The position numbers and the translations under genes were made by a program. The notes under the pieces were generated by a model, which was not told where the DNA came from, made no database searches, and was given only the letters and a program-made list of their open reading frames with translations. 64,000 bases of DNA from Alphaproteobacteria bacterium (GTDB lineage Bacteria > Pseudomonadota > Alphaproteobacteria > GCA-2731375). This document shows positions 59,882-64,000 of this stretch, piece by piece. Position 1 is the first letter of the stretch. The number at the start of each line of letters is the position of its first letter. The DNA is taken from the NCBI GenBank assembly GCA_965232515.1, contig CBDDPY010000002.1, positions 1,024,001-1,088,000 on the forward strand, read 5' to 3'.

Positions 59882-60823
59882 TCAGCTCTCCGGCGGCGGA
59901 ACAACGCCGGTGCGCTCGGTGATCAGGCCGTAGGCTTCGATGCGGCGGTGCTTGTCGAAGTTGAACACGGTGCGCTTGATGTAGTCGCCGAGATCGAGGT
60001 CGCAGTTGAAGACGATGACCTCGTCGTCCTCGGTCAGCGCCTGGGCGACAATCTCGCCGGTCGGCGCGACAATGCAGGAACCGCCATAGAGGCCGAACCC
60101 ATCCTCCTTGCCGGCCTTGGCCGTGCCGATCACCCACATGCCGTTCTGGTAGGCGGCCGCCTGCATCGACAGGCGATGGTGGAACATGCGCAGATGCAAC
60201 GGCTCGTCGTGATAAATGTTGGTGGTCGGCGTGTTGTAGCCCAGCACAACCATCTCGGCGCCCTGCAACGCCATGACCCGGAACGTCTCGGGCCAGCGCC
60301 GGTCATTGCAGATGCACATGCCGAGGACGCCGTCCATGGTTCGCCAGACCGGAAAACCGAGATTACCGACCTCGAAGTAGCGCTTCTCCAGATGCTGGAA
60401 GGGCGCGTCGGGCAGGTGGTCCACATGGCCGGGCAGGTGGACCTTGCGGTACTTCCCGACAATCCCGCCGTCCGGATCGACCAGGATGGACGTGTTGTAG
60501 CGGTGGGTCTCGCCATCTTCTTCTGCCAACTCGGCATAGCCGAGATAGAAGCCGACCCCCAGCCGCTTCGCCTCATCGAATAGCGGCTGGGTCTCGGGCC
60601 CGGGCATGCTGGCCTCGAAGAACCGGTCGACTTCGGCCTGGTCCGCCATCCAATAGCGCGGAAAGAAGGTGGTCAGCGCCAACTCGGTGAACACGACGAA
60701 CCGGCAGCCGGAGGCATGCGCCTCTCGCAACATCTCGATCAGGCGCTTGACGACGCTGGCGCGGTCATCGGCCAGATGGATGGGGCCCATCTGGGCAGCG
60801 GCGGTTTTCAGATAACGTGGCAT
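59882..60823 (-). CDS. hyuC: N-carbamoyl-D-amino-acid amidohydrolase (D-carbamoylase)
   Basis: Nitrilase-fold triad FTELALTTFFPR / YRKVHLPGH / ICNDRRWPE; HLEKRYF, GYNTP. Confidence 0.92.
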   Translation of the reverse strand: MPRYLKTAAAQMGPIHLADDRASVVKRLIEMLREAHASGCRFVVFTELALTTFFPRYWMADQAEVDRFFEASMPGPETQPLFDEAKRLGVGFYLGYAELAEEDGETHRYNTSILVDPDGGIVGKYRKVHLPGHVDHLPDAPFQHLEKRYFEVGNLGFPVWRTMDGVLGMCICNDRRWPETFRVMALQGAEMVVLGYNTPTTNIYHDEPLHLRMFHHRLSMQAAAYQNGMWVIGTAKAGKEDGFGLYGGSCIVAPTGEIVAQALTEDDEVIVFNCDLDLGDYIKRTVFNFDKHRRIEAYGLITERTGVVPPPES

Positions 60824-60839
60824 GGAACGCTCCCCGCAA

Positions 60840-62306
60840 TCAGCCCAGCAAGTCGGCGCCGAAGTTGCGGGCCGGATCCAGTTCGGGCGAGGGCCGGCCC
60901 AGCGGCTTCGCGGAGTCCGGCTTGTCGCAGGGCAGGAACTCGCCGGAGCCGCGCTCGACCAGCAGTTCGCCCTCGTCGACCACGACCCGGCCGCGGCTCA
61001 GCACCGTCACCGGCCAGCCGGTGTTGCGCCGGCCTTCGTACGGCGTGTAGCCGACATTGTCGTGCAGCATCTCGGTGCCGATGGTCAGCTCCTTATCGGT
61101 GTCCCAGATCGCGATGTCGGCGTCCGAGCCCACCGCGATGGTGCCCTTGCGCGGGAACAGGCCATAGAGCTTGGCGGCGTTGGTGGCGGTCAGCGCAACG
61201 AACTCGTGGATGTCGAGGCGGCCCTTGCGCACGCCCTCGGAATAAAGCATCGGCAGGCGGATCTCGATGCCGGGCACGCCGTTGGCGACTTCCTTGAAGG
61301 ACGGGTTCGGGCCCTTCGACAGCTTGCCGGTCTCGTCGTAGCGGTAGGGGGCGTGATCGGACGAGAAGACCTGGAAGGTGCCGTTGCGCAAGCCCAGCCA
61401 GATCGCTTCCTGGGCCGCGGCGTCGCGCGGCGGCGGGCTGCAACAGAACTTGGTGCCCTCCGAGCCGGGCAGGTCGAGATCGTCGGCGGTCAGGAACAGA
61501 TATTGCGGGCAGGTCTCACCGTAGATCTTCAGGCCGCGGTTCTGCGCCTCCTTGATCTGGCGCGAGGCTTCCTCGGTCGAGACGTGCACGATCAGCAGCG
61601 GCACGTCGAGCAGCGTCGCCAGCTCGATCACGCGGTTCGTGGCTTCGCCTTCTCCGATGCGCGAATGGGCGACCGCATGATACTTCGGCTCGCGGTGCCC
61701 CTTCTGCAGCAGGCGGTCGCTGATCCAGCGGATCGCCTCGTGGTTCTCGGCATGCACCATGACCATGGCGCCCTCGCGCCGCGCCAGCGCCAGGATGTCG
61801 AGGAACTGATAATCGTCGATCTTCAGGAGATCGTAGGTGGTGTAGACCTTGAAGGAGGTATAGCCGTCGCGGATCAGGGCCGGCAGCTCCTGGCCCAACA
61901 CCTGCTCGGTGGGATCGGAGATGATCAGGTGAAAGGCATAGTCGATCACGGCCTTGGGGCCGGCGCATTCGTGATAGTCCTTCACCACATCACGCAGCGA
62001 CTGGCCCTTGTGCTGGGCGGCAAACGGAATGATGGTCGTGGTGCCGCCAAAGGCCGCCGACACGCTGGCGCTGTAGAAGTCGTCGGCGGTCATCAAGCCG
62101 GCGGCCGACCTCTGCTCGACATGGCAATGGCTCTCGACCCCGCCCGGCAGCACCAGCTTGCCGCTGGCGTCGATCTCGCGCTTTCCAGCGCCCAGTTGGT
62201 CGGCCAGCGCCGCGATGCGGCCGTCGCGAATGCCGATATCGCAGCTCATCAAATCCGTTGCCGTCGCGATGTTGGCGTTGCGAATTACCAAGTCGAAGTC
62301 AGCCAT
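60840..62306 (-). CDS. hydA: Dihydropyrimidinase / D-hydantoinase
   Basis: PGGVESHCH, GGTTT, SFKVY, HAEN, VHVS, ETCPQYL, SSDHAP. Confidence 0.92.
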   Translation of the reverse strand: MADFDLVIRNANIATATDLMSCDIGIRDGRIAALADQLGAGKREIDASGKLVLPGGVESHCHVEQRSAAGLMTADDFYSASVSAAFGGTTTIIPFAAQHKGQSLRDVVKDYHECAGPKAVIDYAFHLIISDPTEQVLGQELPALIRDGYTSFKVYTTYDLLKIDDYQFLDILALARREGAMVMVHAENHEAIRWISDRLLQKGHREPKYHAVAHSRIGEGEATNRVIELATLLDVPLLIVHVSTEEASRQIKEAQNRGLKIYGETCPQYLFLTADDLDLPGSEGTKFCCSPPPRDAAAQEAIWLGLRNGTFQVFSSDHAPYRYDETGKLSKGPNPSFKEVANGVPGIEIRLPMLYSEGVRKGRLDIHEFVALTATNAAKLYGLFPRKGTIAVGSDADIAIWDTDKELTIGTEMLHDNVGYTPYEGRRNTGWPVTVLSRGRVVVDEGELLVERGSGEFLPCDKPDSAKPLGRPSPELDPARNFGADLLG

Positions 62307-62478
62307 CGATCACCCATTCATCCTCGTAACGCCGCACTGCCCCGGCAGGCTCCGCGGCGCGGCTTGGCACAAAGCCATTGATCCGGGCCGGAAGTGTCAC
62401 ATAGCATCTAGCGCAATGAAAACACCGGTTGCGCCGTCAAACCAGAAAACACATGCAGCCAACAATGGGAGCGCAGCA

Positions 62479-63324
62479 ATGACAAGAGCAACATCGGCCG
62501 TGGCGATCGTCTGCGGGATTTTCCTCGGCGCCGGCGCGGCACTGGCCGACGGACACGGTCCGTTGAAGGTGGCGCTGGACGGCACGTTCGCGCCGCACGC
62601 CATGCCGAAACTGGACGGTGGCGTCGAAGGCTTCAACGTCGACTTGGCGAACGAGATCGGCAAGCGCCTGGGCCGCGAGATCGACATCACGGCGGCGCAA
62701 TGGTCGGGCCTGCTGCCGGCGATGCAGGCCGGCAAGTACGATTTCCTGGTCGCGCCGACCACGGTCACCGAGGAACGCACGAAAAGCCTGCTGTTCACCG
62801 AGGGTTATCTGAACACCGACTACCAGTTCCTGATCAAGAAGGGCAGCGCCGACATCAAGGCCTTAAGCGATCTGAAGGGTAAGGTCGTCGCGGTCAACAA
62901 GGGATCGGCCTACGACCGCTGGGCGCGTGGCCTCGAAGGCGAGATCGGCTGGAAGGTCGAGTCCTACGGGACGAATACGGACGCGGTTCAGGCGGTGGTC
63001 TCGGGACGCGCCTACGCCAACGTCGCCGGCAACACGGTGATCGCCTGGGCGGCCAAGAAGAACCCGAACGTGCAGCTTTCCTATCTGCACTCCACGGGCC
63101 GGGTCTTCGCCATGCCGTTTCGCAAGGACGACGTCGCCATGCGCAACAAGGTCGAGAACGTCATCGAATGCATGAAGCTCGATGGCACCTTCGCCAAGAT
63201 GAGCGAGAAATGGTTTGGCGTCACGCCGGCCGCCGACTCGGCGGCGATGACGGTCTATCCGGGCTATGGCGTGCCGGGGATGGAAGGTCACGAGGCCAGC
63301 GACCACACGCCCGATTGCGGCTAG
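62479..63324 (+). CDS. Polar amino acid ABC transporter substrate-binding protein
   Basis: Signal peptide; DGTFAPH, GFNVDL, TEER, KWFG; GGGAG RBS. Confidence 0.9.
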   Translation: MTRATSAVAIVCGIFLGAGAALADGHGPLKVALDGTFAPHAMPKLDGGVEGFNVDLANEIGKRLGREIDITAAQWSGLLPAMQAGKYDFLVAPTTVTEERTKSLLFTEGYLNTDYQFLIKKGSADIKALSDLKGKVVAVNKGSAYDRWARGLEGEIGWKVESYGTNTDAVQAVVSGRAYANVAGNTVIAWAAKKNPNVQLSYLHSTGRVFAMPFRKDDVAMRNKVENVIECMKLDGTFAKMSEKWFGVTPAADSAAMTVYPGYGVPGMEGHEASDHTPDCG

Positions 63325-63408
63325 TCCCGCACGGCAATATCCGATCAGCAACGCAGCCGGCGGTGCCGGCTGCGTTTGCTTTCCGTCGCCCTGTAACTTG
63401 ATAGAGAC

Positions 63409-64000
63409 ATGACAGCCACAGGCAATGGCCACGTGATGCTGCAGGTTCGCGACCTGCACAAATCGTTCGGCGATCTCGAGGTTCTGAAGGGGGTCGACCT
63501 CGATGTCGTCGACCGCGAGTTGGTGTTCATCATCGGCCCGTCGGGCTCCGGCAAGAGCACGCTGCTGCGCTGCTGCAACCGCCTGGAAGAACCGACCAGC
63601 GGCGCCATCCGGGTCGACGGCGTCGACCTGCTGGCGAAGGACACCGACATCAACGCCATGCGGCGGCGGATCGGCATGGTGTTCCAATCCTTCAACCTCT
63701 ATCCGCACATGACGGCCCAGGGCAACGTGACGCTGGCGCTGCGCAAGGTGCTGGGCAAGTCGCGGGCCGAAGCGGACGAGATCGCCGTCGGGGCGCTGGC
63801 GAAAGTCGGGCTCGCCGACAAGCACGCCGCATATCCCAGCGAACTGTCGGGTGGGCAGCAGCAGCGCGTCGCCATCGCCCGGGCGCTGGCGCTGGAGCCG
63901 AAGATCATGTTGTTCGACGAGCCGACCAGCGCGCTCGACCCGGAACTGGTCGGCGGCGTGCTGAACGTCATGCGCGACATGCGCGAAGCCGGCATGACCA
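63409..64000 (+). CDS. Polar amino acid ABC transporter ATP-binding protein (truncated by window end)
   Basis: Own translation: [48 protein letters not shown]. Confidence 0.92.
   Translation, partial: MTATGNGHVMLQVRDLHKSFGDLEVLKGVDLDVVDRELVFIIGPSGSGKSTLLRCCNRLEEPTSGAIRVDGVDLLAKDTDINAMRRRIGMVFQSFNLYPHMTAQGNVTLALRKVLGKSRAEADEIAVGALAKVGLADKHAAYPSELSGGQQQRVAIARALALEPKIMLFDEPTSALDPELVGGVLNVMRDMREAGMT

Overview
GC-rich alphaproteobacterial (Rhodospirillales-like) chromosomal segment with no mobile element, prophage or CRISPR. It has five blocks. (1) 1-13.3 kb: four tandem membrane-bound chemoreceptors. They share a near-identical cytoplasmic module (HAMP, two Aer2-type PAS-heme domains, HAMPs, kinase-control domain, xW(E/Q)E(F/Y) pentapeptide), but each has a different periplasmic sensor (NIT, four-helix bundle, CxxCH c-heme DUF3365, dCache). 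This is the most unusual feature. (2) 13.6-29.2 kb: GMC oxidoreductase, an orphan AAA domain with a dead Walker A, metC, aapJQMP, and a nhaP-nudF-cysK-alaX-sseA-GNAT cluster with hspQ. (3) 29.2-38.3 kb: two convergent operons, each behind a sigmaE-type promoter. They encode ChrR (with no adjacent rpoE), photolyase and homologues of the UfaM/UfaD/UfaO furan-fatty-acid enzymes. (4) 38.4-51.3 kb: Sel1 protein, a coupled P450-metF pair, transporters, alpha-hydroxy-acid oxidase, tRNA-Asn, and a probably leaderless TetR with a hydrolase. (5) 51.4-64 kb: a catabolic cluster of hydantoinase, D-carbamoylase, PanE-like reductase, GntR, TRAP transporter, DHDPS-family lyase and a three-subunit-fused flavin/Fe-S dehydrogenase, plus a divergent ABC transporter. 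All calls come from reading motifs by eye; no database searches were run.
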